Shown here piece after piece: positions 10,184-23,444 of a stretch of DNA of 64,000 bases. The translations under genes and the position numbers were made by a program. This DNA comes from Eledone cirrhosa (taxonomy: Eukaryota). The DNA lies in assembly GCA_964016885.1 (NCBI GenBank), contig OZ024741.1, positions 240,064,001 to 240,128,000 on the forward strand, given 5' to 3'. Below the pieces are notes generated by a model. It searched no databases. It worked only from the letters and a program-made list of their open reading frames with translations, and was not told where the DNA came from. The first letter of the stretch is position 1, and each line of letters begins with the position of its first letter.

Positions 10184-12559
10184 TGGGGTAGGTTTTGGTA
10201 AAGTTCTTGACTGAACTGAAGAATCATATTTATTCTGTAGCTGACCTTCTGAATAACATTCACTCTTTGATCTCTCAGAATATATATTTCTTTTTATCAT
10301 CTCTTCTGTATTCCTTGACATAGCAACAGGATTGTTAGACTGATACAACAATTGTTTCATCTCTGTTCTACCTTGGTATGCTGTAGTCTTTGTTGTAGTA
10401 GCTGTGTTATCTCTGTGTTTAATACATTTCATTATACACAGTGTTATAGAAACAACAATAGCCACTGATACTATTACTGCTGATGATACAATGATAATAA
10501 CCCATGTCATATGGACTCTACCTGAAGATTGTAAAGGTACACTTTTCAACATTGGTGATGTCTCATTACTAACAGCCAATACCAAAGTCACACTAGTTGT
10601 TGATGACTGAACTGGACTACCACTGTCTTTTACAACAAACTTTAGTTCATAACTTCCAGCATCATTTAGATAAACTTGTCTAGAGAATGATAAAGCACCA
10701 CTGTGTGAGTTCATAGTAAACAACTGTTTATTATTTCCTTGTATGATTTCATATGTGAGGAAAGCATTGTTTCCACTGTCACCATCAGATGCTCTCAAAA
10801 CTGTGATGTCACTTTTACTCTGGGGATGGTAGTGAACATTTAGGGTGTAAGGGTTAACACTAGGAAAGGTGAAATATGGAACATTGTCATTTTGATCTAA
10901 AATCTCAACAACAACATTAGCTGTGTCATTCAGAGATGGACTTCCATTATCTTTGACAAAAACCTCAAATTTATACACATCTTGTTTCTCTCTGTCTAAT
11001 GACATGGTGGCTGAAATAAAGCCATAACTGGTGATCAGAAATGGTAGATTTGATTTTTCTTTATGTCGCAGAGAATATGTGAGTTGTCCAGCAGATCCAA
11101 GGTCAGGGTCAGTGGCATTGACAAAACCAATAGGGAAGTCTTTATCTTTGTTTTCATAGGTCAGGAATTGGAATGTATCTTTGGTAAACTGTGGTTGTAC
11201 ATCATTGATATCAGTCACTTGGATAGAGAGAGTTTTAACACTTTTAAGAGGAGGTAATCCTTTATCTTGACATGAGACAGGAATGTTATAGTGTCCTTGT
11301 GTTTCTCTGTCTACTGGTTTGTTTAGAACTATTTTATATTCTTTAGATCCCATTGATTGTAGTTTGAATGTATCATGTTTGATATCACAGCTGATCTCTC
11401 CATTTTGTCCAACATCATTGTCAGTGACCATCACATAAGCAATGAAACTACCAACTTTGATATCTTCAGAAATGGTAGCTGTGTGGTCATTGATAGCAGA
11501 AACATAATCTATATCAATAGATGGAGGGTTGTTGTGTTGGTTGATAATATTTACCAGAACTGTTGCTATGGAACTGTGAGGAGGGCTACCTCCATCTCTA
11601 GCCTCAATAAACAGCTCATATGTTTTCTTTTTTCCCAAACTTGAATATTTATTTAAGAAAATGTTTCCACTGGTTTCATTTAATTGGAAATAACTTTTTG
11701 CTAGATCTGATGTCTTTGGACTGAAATGGAAAGTAATTTTGCCATTTTCTCCAGAATCAGAATCTGTTACAGATAAAACAATGATAGGTTTAGATTTGTG
11801 ATGTGTACTTTGTATGGATATATTATATAGAGGTTTAGAAAATACTGGTGGGTTGTCATTTAAATCTGTTATAGAGATATTTATATTTAAAATACCTTGT
11901 TTTGATGGTGAACCTCCATCTTTAGCTATGACCTGTAATAAATATGTATCTTTGATTTCTCTGTCTAATGATTCTTTCAATACTATTTTAAGAGAAGAAA
12001 TACCATCTGCTCTTTTAGCGACCGACAAAGTGAACGGTTCTCCATTCTTAGATTTCAATTTATATTGTATTAATGAGTTTTGAAAACCCACATCTTTATC
12101 CATGGCATTTGGTATTGATCTGTCCGAACCTTTGCGATCATGTTCACCAAACACAATATTCACTGCTTTTATAGGAAACTCAGGTTGATGATCATTGATA
12201 TCTTCAATTACAATTTTGATTTTTAATATTTTAGTCACACTTCTTCCTTTGTTTACAACAACCTTCATAGTTCTAGAACATTCTTTGTTGAATGTACAGA
12301 GTTTCTCTGCATCCAGTGTCTGAGCAGTGTGTAGTTTACCTGTTTTAGTGATATTAAATAACTGTGCCACCTTTCGTTTAAATTGACTGAATGTTATCAA
12401 TTGTTGGTCAGATGGTTTAACATTGTCTAAAAGTTTAGAATCAGCAGCAATGTCTGCTACATATGTTCCTGGACTTCTCTCTTCTTCCACATGGTAGGTA
12501 AGGTCTATGGTCAGAACACAGTGGACCATTGATAATACAATAGACAATGACAGTAACAT
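10184..12559 (-). CDS. Pcdh: Protocadherin U2, large coding exon
   Basis: Six EC repeats and TM; donor CCA|GTAAGT; acceptor TTTTAG|G at 12624/12623. Confidence 0.95.
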
Positions 12560-13164
12560 TGTTGTTGTAGTAGTTGTTGTGTTGGTACTGGTTAAAGATG
12601 TTCAGATATGTTGAGGATTAAACCTAAAAGAGAAATACATCTTGAACAATTATCAAAAATGAATTACAATTATCTGTGAAACAATTGAATTATAGGAATC
12701 TATTACTGTACACAGAACATGTTTTAATTGTGGTTAATCAAACTGGTATTATATAGCTTTATTGAACAAATAACTAGATCCGAGTTTACCTTGAGAGAGT
12801 GGATTCAAACCCCAAGTTAGTCTATCTTCAGCTATACATATACACCGTGTAACAAAAAATTTTTTTTCTCTGTTCCTGGCTTGTAATCATTTTTTTTTGT
12901 GTTGCTTAGGTCCCAAATAAATAAAAAAAAGTGCTATTAAACAGTTAAAAGTTTGGGTTTGTAAAAATTCTAAGCTATTCACTAGAATTATTTGTATGCT
13001 GGATTTTATGTTGTATGTAAGTTTAATTTGCTTATGTTAAATGATTTTTTTTTATATATGTTTCAGTTAAATTAAAATTATAAAATAAAGAGTAATACCT
13101 AAAGAAAATTATAAAAGTGCAATAAAGTATCAAATTGTTAAAAAGTGGATTAAAGAGATTTATT

Positions 13165-14340
13165 GATACTGGGGTACCAGAAAAAGTTCCTCACTTCCCA
13201 AACCAAAAAGAAGTCAATGACTTGGTCAGGGATATGGGTCTGACCAAGTCTAATGCAGAGCTATTCGTCTCCAGGATGAAGCAATGGAACTTGGTCAAGG
13301 AGGAAGTGCAGGTGACAAGTCAGAGAAGTCAACACAAATCTTTCTCAGGCTTTTACACTCTTAGGGATGGCCTCTGCTATGACGTCCCTGGACTGTTTGA
13401 CGTTATTGGGGTGCCGTTTATGCCCAAGGAGTGGTGGCTATTTATAGACAGCTCCACCACAAGTTTGAAGGCTGTCCTCCTCCACAATGGAAACAAGTTC
13501 CTGACACTGCCCCTAGCTCATTCAGTCTGGCTGAAGGAAGATAACTACAGTGTGAAAGTCCTCTTGGAAGCTCTGCAATACAACCAGTACAATTGGGAAA
13601 TCATTGGAGACTTCAAGATGGTGGCTTTCCTGCTTGGACTCCAAGGAGGCTTTATCAAATTCCAATGCTTCCTCTGCCTTTGGGACAGCAGAGCCACCTC
13701 TGACCACTACAAAATAAAGAACTGGGAGCAGCGAACAGAATTTGTAGTTGGGATCCGGAACGTCATGTGGGAGCCACTGATTGATCCCAGGATTGTGCTC
13801 ATGCCGCCACTGCACATTAAGTTGGGCTTGATGAAGCAGTTTGTGAAGGCTCTCAACCAAGAATCAGCCGCTTTTAAGTACCTTCTTGAGTTCTTCCCCA
13901 AGTTATCTGAGGCCAAAATCAAAGGTGGAATTTTTGTTGGACCTCAGAAAAAGAAGGCCTTTGAGTCTACCGAGTTCTCCAATAAGCTCAATAGGATTGA
14001 GAGAACAGCATGGAACTGTTTCAAGGCAGTTGTTAAGGGCTTCCAGAGCTGAAAACTATCAGCAACTGGTGCAGGATCTGATAAAGGCTTTTGGCGCCAT
14101 GGGATGCAGGATGTCGCTTAAACTCCATATGCTGGATGCTCACCTGGAAAAATTCAAGGACAATATGGGCGCCTACTCAGAAGAACAAGGCGAATGATTC
14201 CACTAAGATGTGAAAGAGATAGAGCGGAGGTACCAGGGCCACTACAATGAAAAAATGATGGGGGACTATATCTGGGGGCTAGTGCGGGAATGTGACCTGG
14301 ACTACAACTGCAAATCCAGGAAATCCAGTCATTTCTGACG
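13165..14340 (+). pseudogene. Transposase pseudogene (Chapaev3-like)
   Basis: Motifs LFIDSS..SLKAVLLHNGN, CFLCLWDSRA, PPLHIKLGLMKQFVKAL, MSLKLHMLDAH, SEEQGE*FH*D; frameshift near 14045, in-frame stops, N-terminus apparently missing. Confidence 0.75.
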
Positions 14341-14440
14341 TGTATAAGTTGCTTTATAATGTTATTTGTTTTTACTTGTTTGCTTTTGATAAGCTTGTGT
14401 AATAAAATAAATATATACTCTGTTGATTTAATTATATGAA

Positions 14441-15753
14441 TCAATGGCCGAGCTAGAGAAGAAATTCCAAACATGGAAGCACGGCCTAGAATCAAAAGGC
14501 CTTAAAATTAACATGGATAAGACTAAAGTTCTAGTTTGTAGGAAAGAAAATAAGGCGCCGGTCCCTTCCGGGAAATGGCCATGCTCAGTGTGTAGGAAAG
14601 GCGTAGGTAGAAACTCCATTTTATGTCCCAAATGCAAAGTATGGGTGCATAAAAGATGTAGTGGGATCACAGGTAAGCTAACTAAGAACACAGATTTTAC
14701 ATGTGGCCGGTGCTCTGGTGCAATAAGTAGCAGCAAGTGCCCACAAAATACTAGCTCTTTCAACTGCGCAGAGGGTTCTATAGAAATAGTGGACAGCTTC
14801 CGTTACCTGGGTGACAAAATCAGCAGTGGGGGAGGGTGCTCCGAAAGTACAGTAGCTAAAGTCAGAACTGGATGGAAAAAGTTCAGAGAGCTTATACCAC
14901 TATTAGCCGCTAAAGGGTTCTCCCTAAAAGTGAAAGGCAGGTTGTACGATGCCTGCATACGAACAGCAATGTTGCATGGCAGTGAGACCTGGGCATTGTG
15001 TGCAGAGGATATACGCAGACTAGAGAGGAACGAAGCTTGCATGCTCCGCTGGATGTGTAATAGTAATATACGCGAACGGCAAAGTATAAACGAACTAAGG
15101 AAAAAATTAGAAATAAGAGGGATCAGATGTTGTTTACTCGAGAGAAGGCTACGTTGGTATGGTCACGTGATGCGCATGAAAGACGACAGCTGTATAACAA
15201 AGTGCAGGGCAATAAAGATAGATGGTAGCCACGGAGTAGGCAGACCCAGAAAAACCTGGGACGAGCTGATAAATTCCGACCTCACACACTTACACCTCTC
15301 CAAGACAATGTTACTGGACCGAGATCTTTGGCGGTACTCAGTAATAGAGAAGACCCGCGTTACCTAAATACAAAGTAAAACCTACTACAGTCAGTAGGCA
15401 TCTCTAACAAAATACACCCCCGTCCCACCACCCCCACCCCATCCACACCGCCCCTTTCAATGTAAAGTTATGTTGGTGCCACAAAATCCAGGCCGAAACA
15501 AATGAGATCGTGTAGGTGTCACGACAAAAAAACACACAGTCCACGCTGTAATGTGACCGTGTAGGCAACACGGTAAAAACCTCCCAGCCCCACCCTGAAA
15601 ATGTGGTTGGTGTTAGGAAGGGCATCCAGCTGTAGAAAACCCGCCAGACAGTCCTATGCGAGCAAGACAACCACTCTTGCCTACAGTGGGAAAACTCCCA
15701 TCCAAACCCATGCAAGCATGGAACACGGACGCTAAACCTTGATGATGATGATG
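14441..15753 (+). mobile_element. 5'-truncated, relatively young RTE/RTEX-like LINE nested in the DNA transposon
   Basis: Uninterrupted 307-aa ORF (end of RT, PHD-like Cys/His finger, FRYLG, LHGSETW, RLRWYGHV, GRPRKTW); (GAT)n tail; ATATGAA TSD at 14434-14440 and 15754-15760. Confidence 0.9.
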
Positions 15754-16346
15754 ATATGAACTGATAAATTTAAAAAAAATGTGTTTTTTCTTGAAAAATA
15801 TGAAAATTTCGAAATATCAAATTCCTGACCACAAACCCAAACTTCTGATTAAATAATAGTGTTTTTTTTATAATAATGGGATATAACAAACCAGGAAATG
15901 ACACTTAGAACCGGGGAACAAAAAATGTTACACGGTGTTATGTAAAACAAGAAAACAGCATTGCCAATAAGTAATAACTAATACAAAGATATCTAGGGCA
16001 TGTTCAATGCAATGAGAACAATCTTCTAAGAATATTTCAAAATATAACAGGTACCCGAAGAAGACTGGAGGGAACAATGGCTGAAAAGATTTGACTATAA
16101 GAACCTAAATGAGGTCTCTAATTTGAATAAATCAATGTATAATGATAGCAATTCCAAGATATACATAATTTATCTTATCTTCTATCACAGTACAATAAAC
16201 TTTAATTCTCTGCATATTTCCCCCAAAGTATCTTCTTCCTAGTGATATTGTTATGATAGACATTAAGACTGTCATATGTTCTTCATGTTACTCAAAGCAA
16301 TAATAGGGTTTCATTATTTCAGTAATCATTCCAAATATCCCATAGT

Positions 16347-16975
16347 CTTCTTCTTTGCCCACTTATTCCTGAGAGGGTTGTGAGAACAGAAACCTCAGAC
16401 ACCCCTTCCAGAGGGTCCTATTATAGGTATCTGTCTCCAATTAATCCGGCAAGATCCCCAAGTGAGACCAGCCAAGCTTATGGATGTTATCCAACCATCT
16501 AACTCATGGTCTGCCTCTGGATCTCCTGCTGGTAGGTTTTTGCCCATAAAATCTGTCTAGTGATTCTTTCCTTAGACATTCTATCGGAGTTGTGATCACT
16601 CGATTTGGAAAAGTAACGGCTCTACTTGGAGCGACTCCTTGATCGCCGAGCTATGCACTCTATCAAGTAACGTTACTCCAAAGACCAATCAGATGAATCC
16701 CATTTTGGCCATTTGTATTCGTAGGATTTATGACCATAGGTAAGGGTAGGCATGAACACTGAATTGAAGATAGTGAGTTTGGTTTTTACACCTACCTCAC
16801 TTTTTCTGATGACCATATGCTAAAGTTGGCACATTACTGCAAAAGCTCTTGCTATTCTTGTATTTAATTCAGCCTCCTGCTCTCCATAATTCATGAAAAT
16901 GGTCCTGAGATACTGAAACTTCACATACTTCAGTGAAGCTACACTTACATGTACAGTGCACTGTGCATGCTTCCT
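16347..16975 (-). mobile_element. Degraded RTE-type LINE 3' fragment (second family)
   Basis: Minus translation KFQYLRTIF...ELNTRIARA...KTKLTIFNSVFMPTLTYGH; (AAG)n-like tail. Confidence 0.7.
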
Positions 16976-17256
16976 ATGGTTTTAAACATAATCACAAAAC
17001 CATTGACATGTAGTTAATCTCTAAAGCTGCCTCCATTCTTGATTGTAAAGTTGAAAGTAGACTTTCCCTGTTCTAGTCATATTTCTTCGAATTTTATATT
17101 GGTTAATTAAAATGACAATAATATTTACTGAATATAACATATTTCTAATAAAATACAGTCATTTAAAATTGGTACAGCATATGTAAATGGAACATTTAAG
17201 CATATTCAACAATTTAATTAGTTCTCAACATGGCATTAATAACATCATCCTTATCA

Positions 17257-17765
17257 CATCATCATTTCACGTCCATCTTCCACGCTAGCATGGGTTGGAC
17301 GGGTTTGTCTAACTTGAGGCAAGATTGATCGGGTGACCGTGTCTCACTCGTATAGAAGTTTCTGGCAGGTTTTCTACGGCTGGCTGCTCTTCCTACCATC
17401 AACCACATTTACAGTGTGGACTGGGAGCCTTTTTACCATGTCTCCTACACAACCACTTTAGAGTGTAGACTGGGTGTTTTTTGTCGTGTCACCTACACAA
17501 CCACTTTAGTGTGGACTGGATGTTCTGTGGTACCAACATAACTTTACAGAGAAAGGGTGGTGTGGACAGAAGTGGGAGGATGGAGTGGGAGTGTGGGGGT
17601 GGGTTGTATATTGGGTTAAGAGGTGCCTACTGACTGTAAATTTAAGTTTGTACGTAAGAGAAGGCGGATCTTCTGTATTACTGCATAGCACCAAAGATCT
17701 CGATCCAGTGGCATTGCCTTAGAGAGGTGTAGTGAGCAAGGTCAGTTTTTATCACCTCGTCCCAT
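17257..17765 (-). mobile_element. LINE 3' end, same family as 14441-15753, inverted
   Basis: Reverse complement aligns by eye with 15255-15750; (GAT)n tail. Confidence 0.85.
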
Positions 17766-18017
17766 ATATATATCACAAGTAAGAAGTAACTATATGGTTG
17801 TATCAATCCCATGCAAACACACGAGTGTATGTAGATTTACACATACACACACGTTGAAACATACATCTAGTATAAGAAAATAATACACCTTGAGTTACAA
17901 GAAGAGAAATTGTAAGGGAGAAGATTTAATCTCAATGTGTTTATGCAGTTACAGATACAAACATAGAGAAGAATTTTAAGGGTAGAAGAAAAGTTACAAT
18001 TTTAACACAGCATATAA

Positions 18018-18081
18018 AACAAATTAAAATGACAGAAAGAAGTTTGTAAATCCTTTCATCTTTCTGTCATTTTAATTTGTT
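18018..18081. repeat. Perfect 23-bp inverted repeat with 18-nt spacer
   Basis: AACAAATTAAAATGACAGAAAGA ... TCTTTCTGTCATTTTAATTTGTT. Confidence 0.9.
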
Positions 18082-19438
18082 CTGTATATATTTGTGTGTG
18101 TATATATATATCTGATAACAAATCGATTGACACAACATAATTTCAATAAGGATATAATTATATAGAGGGAATAATTAAAAAGTGAAATGCTCAATCTTTA
18201 AGAATTTCAGTTTCTACAGTGACAGTATTAAGATGTGTTGAACAAGGCAGAGAGAATAATACTTCAATGTTTTTATGTGATGCAGTTACAGTGCTGTTTA
18301 TACTCATCAAGAATTTTTTGTTCATGTGGTTTCATGAGGTACCTGGTCTTAAAAGTTAATATAAGGATTGAATATCTTATAAGAAACAATTGATGAAGAG
18401 TATCAGAGCACTTAGCAACTTTCAATGACTATAGTTTATTAATGGTTGCAGATTATGTTATTTATTCAAAAAATAACTACTTACATACAGAATATTGAGA
18501 CATATCTAATGATACTGAGATGATGATGAGGATGATGATGCTGGTGATGTTGATAGTTTTTTTTAATTTGATCAGTAAACTTAATTTATATTTATTTAAT
18601 ATGCATTTCAACTTTGATTTATATGAATTAATAAAATTAAATGTTTTCAAAATCAAACAAAAATTCCTAAGTAAACATAGCAAAATATAGTGTAAAATAT
18701 AGTGCATGATAGAAAATTTAGACTAAAGTTATGAAAAAATAACAATGAAAGGAAATAAAGTAGGAAGATATTAAAAAAAGAAAATTATATATTACTGACT
18801 TACAAATATGTTTAAAAACGAATATCCACAAAATAAAAGATATAGTCTATATTTCAGCAACTTCAGTGCTAATCCATTTCATTTTGTATTTTACAACATG
18901 GCATTATATTACTATTCACCTCCTGACAGCTGTAAACCTTAAATTTTATGCCAATTTCCCAAGCTAAAATCAGTAACACACCATTAACTCATTACTGCTA
19001 ACAAACTATATATTATAACAAGATTTTAACAAATTGTAACATACATATTTAAATTTTATATATAAAATCTTAAAACATCTTTCATATGCCATCTACTATA
19101 CAGACACATTATATCTTCTATACAACAAAAACAAACACACATTACAACACTACATTATATAGACAGTTCACTATTGTTACTGGTCAATATATGTAACAAA
19201 TAATAAACAGACACACATAATATTCCTTCTAAGGAAAATAGTCTAGGTATTAAATATTTCATTTTTCATTAATTGTGATATAAAGCAATATGGACAACAT
19301 TACTGAAAAATATGTGAATTATTGTTCAATTTCTTTGTTCTCATGTTAATATTAAATATGTTAGAACAATATCTTACAGATTTACTAAGATTTAGTATAT
19401 AAAATGAGATTATAAAATGAATTTAAATAGAAACTTAC

Positions 19439-19865
19439 CTCTTTAATAATTATATCATTGGTTATTCAGTGAGAATAGAAAGACGTATTGTTGTAGAAAG
19501 CTCCATTGCAAGTGCTGCTGTAATGGTGTGTGACAATGGCTGTATGTTGATGGAGTAGTGTAGCACGTCAGGCAGATAGTCTGCTGCTAGGATAGGGTTG
19601 TGTGTGTTATTGGAGTTGTATGTTTGTGGCAGTACATCTCTCTAATAATATTGTGTATGTATTTATCCTTAAATATGATGTTTGTTTACTGTTATCAAAA
19701 ACTATTTACATATATTTAGATATATATATTTAAATAGCTACAATAATCTATAGTTAAACAAACATGTTTGGTTTAATAACATCAGTAATTCTCTTTATTA
19801 GTGATTTCTGTATGTTTTAGTGAGAATCTGATTGGTTGAATGACCTAAACAGAAGACCAATGATA
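19439..19865 (-). promoter_or_regulatory. U2 promoter and non-coding exon 1 block
   Basis: Copy of the conserved block; donor GAG|GTAAGT. Confidence 0.75.
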
Positions 19866-20366
19866 ACATTCTCTTTTATATTGATTTCTGTTGGTAAAGC
19901 AGATGTTTCATATTTATTTATAGGGAAAGAGGAACTGTGATGGTCATGCCTTTCCCATATCTGTATATATTATTAATAAGAAATAATATTTAATATTTAT
20001 AATATTATTTATAAATATATTTTTAAAAATCTTTCTCTATTTTCATGCCATCCACTTTAATTTAATACATACAACCTTTAAAAAAAACGATAAACTATAA
20101 ATAATGTCATCAAAGATTACACTCCATAACAAATAGTAAATTATGTGTTATAGTGAATTAAAATTTATTCATAGTAACATACATAAAATTATTTTTCAAT
20201 CAAAGTAATGGATACTTAATAGGAAACTGTTCATTATTAAGACCCTCCCATCTTTGATGCTGTACATTGCTACCAGGTATAGTTAATATAGAATGTCAAC
20301 GTAGGTGTGTGTATGTTATTTTATATTTACAGAGAGAAAGTTAGTTATGTCCCTATGTTAATATCC

Positions 20367-20443
20367 TTAAACATGTTTCACTGGTGTTTCTTCACTGGAA
20401 TCTTTTGATGTAGATGTATCGTTGTTTTTATATATATTTTGAT
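20367..20443 (-). CDS. Pcdh: Protocadherin U3, terminal exon C (DQNIYKNNDTSTSKDSSEETPVKHV*)
   Basis: Acceptor TTCCAG|AT; conserved frame and stop. Confidence 0.85.
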
Positions 20444-20720
20444 CTGGAATTTAGAGATAAAATATAGGTTTTACAAAATTATAGAGTTTACAAAATTTTG
20501 TAATTTAATTACTCAAATATATTAAAAAACAAAAACAAAGGACACACCGATAAAACTATACATTCCAAAATTTGTTATCACAGCAGATCCTCTAAGTAAC
20601 AGATGGGCAAACAAGAAAATTCATTAGTTACTGATATTTATGTTTCTTAATAGCAGTTAATAAATATCTACTTGAGATAAAATGATAATATAATATAACA
20701 TAACCAAAGTAGTTATTAAC

Positions 20721-20886
20721 CTGATATTCCAGGTATTTCTTCATAATGTTTCATATCACCTTCATTCAATACACGTCTACTACTTCTCTTAGATGACATT
20801 GTATCTGATGTATAGTTACAAACTATAGGAGGATTATCTTCCACAGCATCATCACTTGATGTCACCACAACAGGTTGACAATATTT
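20721..20886 (-). CDS. Pcdh: Protocadherin U3, coding exon B
   Basis: Same splice sites and frame as U1. Confidence 0.85.
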
Positions 20887-21068
20887 CTGTTGACAAATAA
20901 ACCAAGAGAAATGTGAGGAGACATCAAACAATCCTAGTTACAATAAACATGTAGTATACAATTTAATATTGGACTATATTATTGAAGATAGAACATTGTT
21001 AAAATAATCTTATTGTTTATCTTTTACATAAAAAGTGAAGATAGAAAATATTTAATCTTTTCACTTAC

Positions 21069-23444
21069 TGGGGTAGGTTTTGGTAAAGTTTTTGACTGAA
21101 CTGAAGCTTCATATTTATTCTGTAGCTGACCTTCTGAATAACATTCACTCTTTGATCTCTCAGAATATATATTTCTTTTTATCATCTCTTCTGTATTCCT
21201 TGACATAGCAACAGGATTGTTAGACTGATACAACAATTGTTTCATCTCTGTTCTACCTTGGTATGCTGTAGTCTTTGTTGTAGTAGCTGTGTTATCTCTG
21301 TGTTTAATACATTTCATTATACACAGTGTTATAGAAACAACAATAGCCACTGATACTATTACTGCTGATGATACAATGATAATAACCCATGTCATATGGA
21401 CTCTACCTGAAGATTGTAAAGGTACACTTTTCAACATTGGTGATGTCTCATTACTAACAGCCAATACCAAAGTCACACTAGTTGTTGATGATTGAACTGG
21501 ATTACCACTGTCTTTTACAACAAACTTTAGTTCATAACTTCCAGCATCATTTAGATAAACTTGTCTGGAGAATGATAAAGCACCACTGTGTGAGTTCATA
21601 GTAAACAACTGTTTATTATTTCCTTGTATGATTCCATATGTGAGGAAAGCATTGTTTCCACTGTCACCATCAGATGCTCTGAAAACTGTGATGTCACTCT
21701 TACTCTGGGGATGGTAGTGGACATTTAGGGTGTAAGGGTTAACACTAGGAAAGGTGAAATATGGAACATTGTCATTTTGATCTAAAATCTCAACAACAAC
21801 ATTGGCCGTGTCATTCAGAGATGGACTTCCATTATCTTTGACAAAAACTTCAAATTTATACACATCTTGTTTCTCTCTGTCTAATGACATGGTGGCTGAA
21901 ATAAAGCCATAACTGGTGATTAGAAATGGTAGATTTGATTTTTCTTTATGTAGCAAAGAATATGTGAGTTGTCCAGCAGATCCAAGGTCAGGGTCAGTGG
22001 CATTGACAAAACCAATAGGGAAGTCTTTATCTTTGTTTTCATAGGTCAGGAATTGGAATGTATCTTTGGTAAACTGTGGTTGTACATCATTAATATCAGT
22101 CACTTGGATAGAGAGAGTTTTAACACTTTTAAGAGGTGGTAATCCTTTATCTTGACATGAAACAGGAATGTTATAATGTCCTTGTGATTCTCTGTCTACT
22201 GGTTTGTTTAGAACTATTTTATATTCTTTAGATCCCATTGACTGTAATTTGAATGTATCATGTTTGATATCACAGCTGACCTCTCCATTTTGTCCAACAT
22301 CATTGTCAGTGACCATCACATAAGCAATGAAACTACCAACTTTGATATCTTCAGAAATGGTAGCTGTGTTGTCATTGATAGCAGAAACATAATCTATATC
22401 AATAGATGGAGGGTTGTTGTGTTGGTTGATAACATTTACCAGAACTGTTGCTATAGAACTGTGAGGTGGGTCACCCCTATCTCTGGCTTCAATAAATAAT
22501 TCATAGGTTTTCTTTTTTCCCAAACTTGAATATTTATTTAAGAAAATGTTTCCATTAGTTTCATTTAAATGGAAATAACTTTTTGCTAGATCTGATGTCT
22601 TTGGACTGAAATGGAAAGTAATTTTACCATTTTCACCAGAATCAGAATCTGTTACAGATAAAGCAATGATAGGTTTAGATTTGTGATGTGTACTTTGTAT
22701 GGATATATTATATAGAGGTTTAGAAAATACTGGTGGGTTGTCATTCACATCTATTATAGAGATATTTATATTTAAAATACCTTCTTTTGATGGTGAACCT
22801 CCATCTTTAGCTATGACCTGTAGTAAATATGTATCTTTGATTTCTCTGTCTAATGATTCTTTTAAAACTATTTTAAGAGAAGAAATACCATCTGCTCTTT
22901 TAGAGACTGACAGAGAGAATGGCTCGCCATTCTTTGATTTTAGTTTATATTGTATTAATGAGTTTTGAAAACCAACATCTTTGTCTATGGCATTTGGTAT
23001 TGTCCTCTTTGAACCTTTTGAAATATCTTCTCCAAGTTCCATATTGACATTCTTCTTAGGAAATTCAGGTAGATGGTCATTGACATCTTCTATTATTATT
23101 TTAATTTTCAATATTTTTGTGACACTTGTTCCTTTATTGACAACAACCTTCACAGTTCTAGAACATTCTTTGTTAAATGTACAGAGTTTCTCTGCATCCA
23201 GTATTTCAGCAGTGTACAGTTTTCCTGTTTTCGTGATATTAAATAACTGTGCCACCTTTCGTTTAAATTGACTGAATGTTATCAATTGTTGGTCAGATGG
23301 TTTAACATTGTCTAAAAGTTTAGAATCAACAGCAATGTCTGCTACATATGTTCCTGGACTTCTCTCTTCTTCCACATGGTAGGTAAGGTCTATGGTCAAA
23401 ACACAGTGAACCATTGATAATACAATAGTCAATGACAGGAACAT
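21069..23444 (-). CDS. Pcdh: Protocadherin U3, large coding exon (homologous ATG at 23444)
   Basis: Six EC repeats and TM; start assigned by homology to paralogues (MFLSLTIV). Confidence 0.93.

Larger units (their letters stand above)
12843..15937 (+). mobile_element. Chapaev3-like (CMC superfamily) DNA transposon, decayed
   Basis: Inverted termini CACCGTGTAACA...TGTTACACGGTG; flanks ATA/TTA (imperfect 3-bp TSD); internal transposase remnant. Confidence 0.7.
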
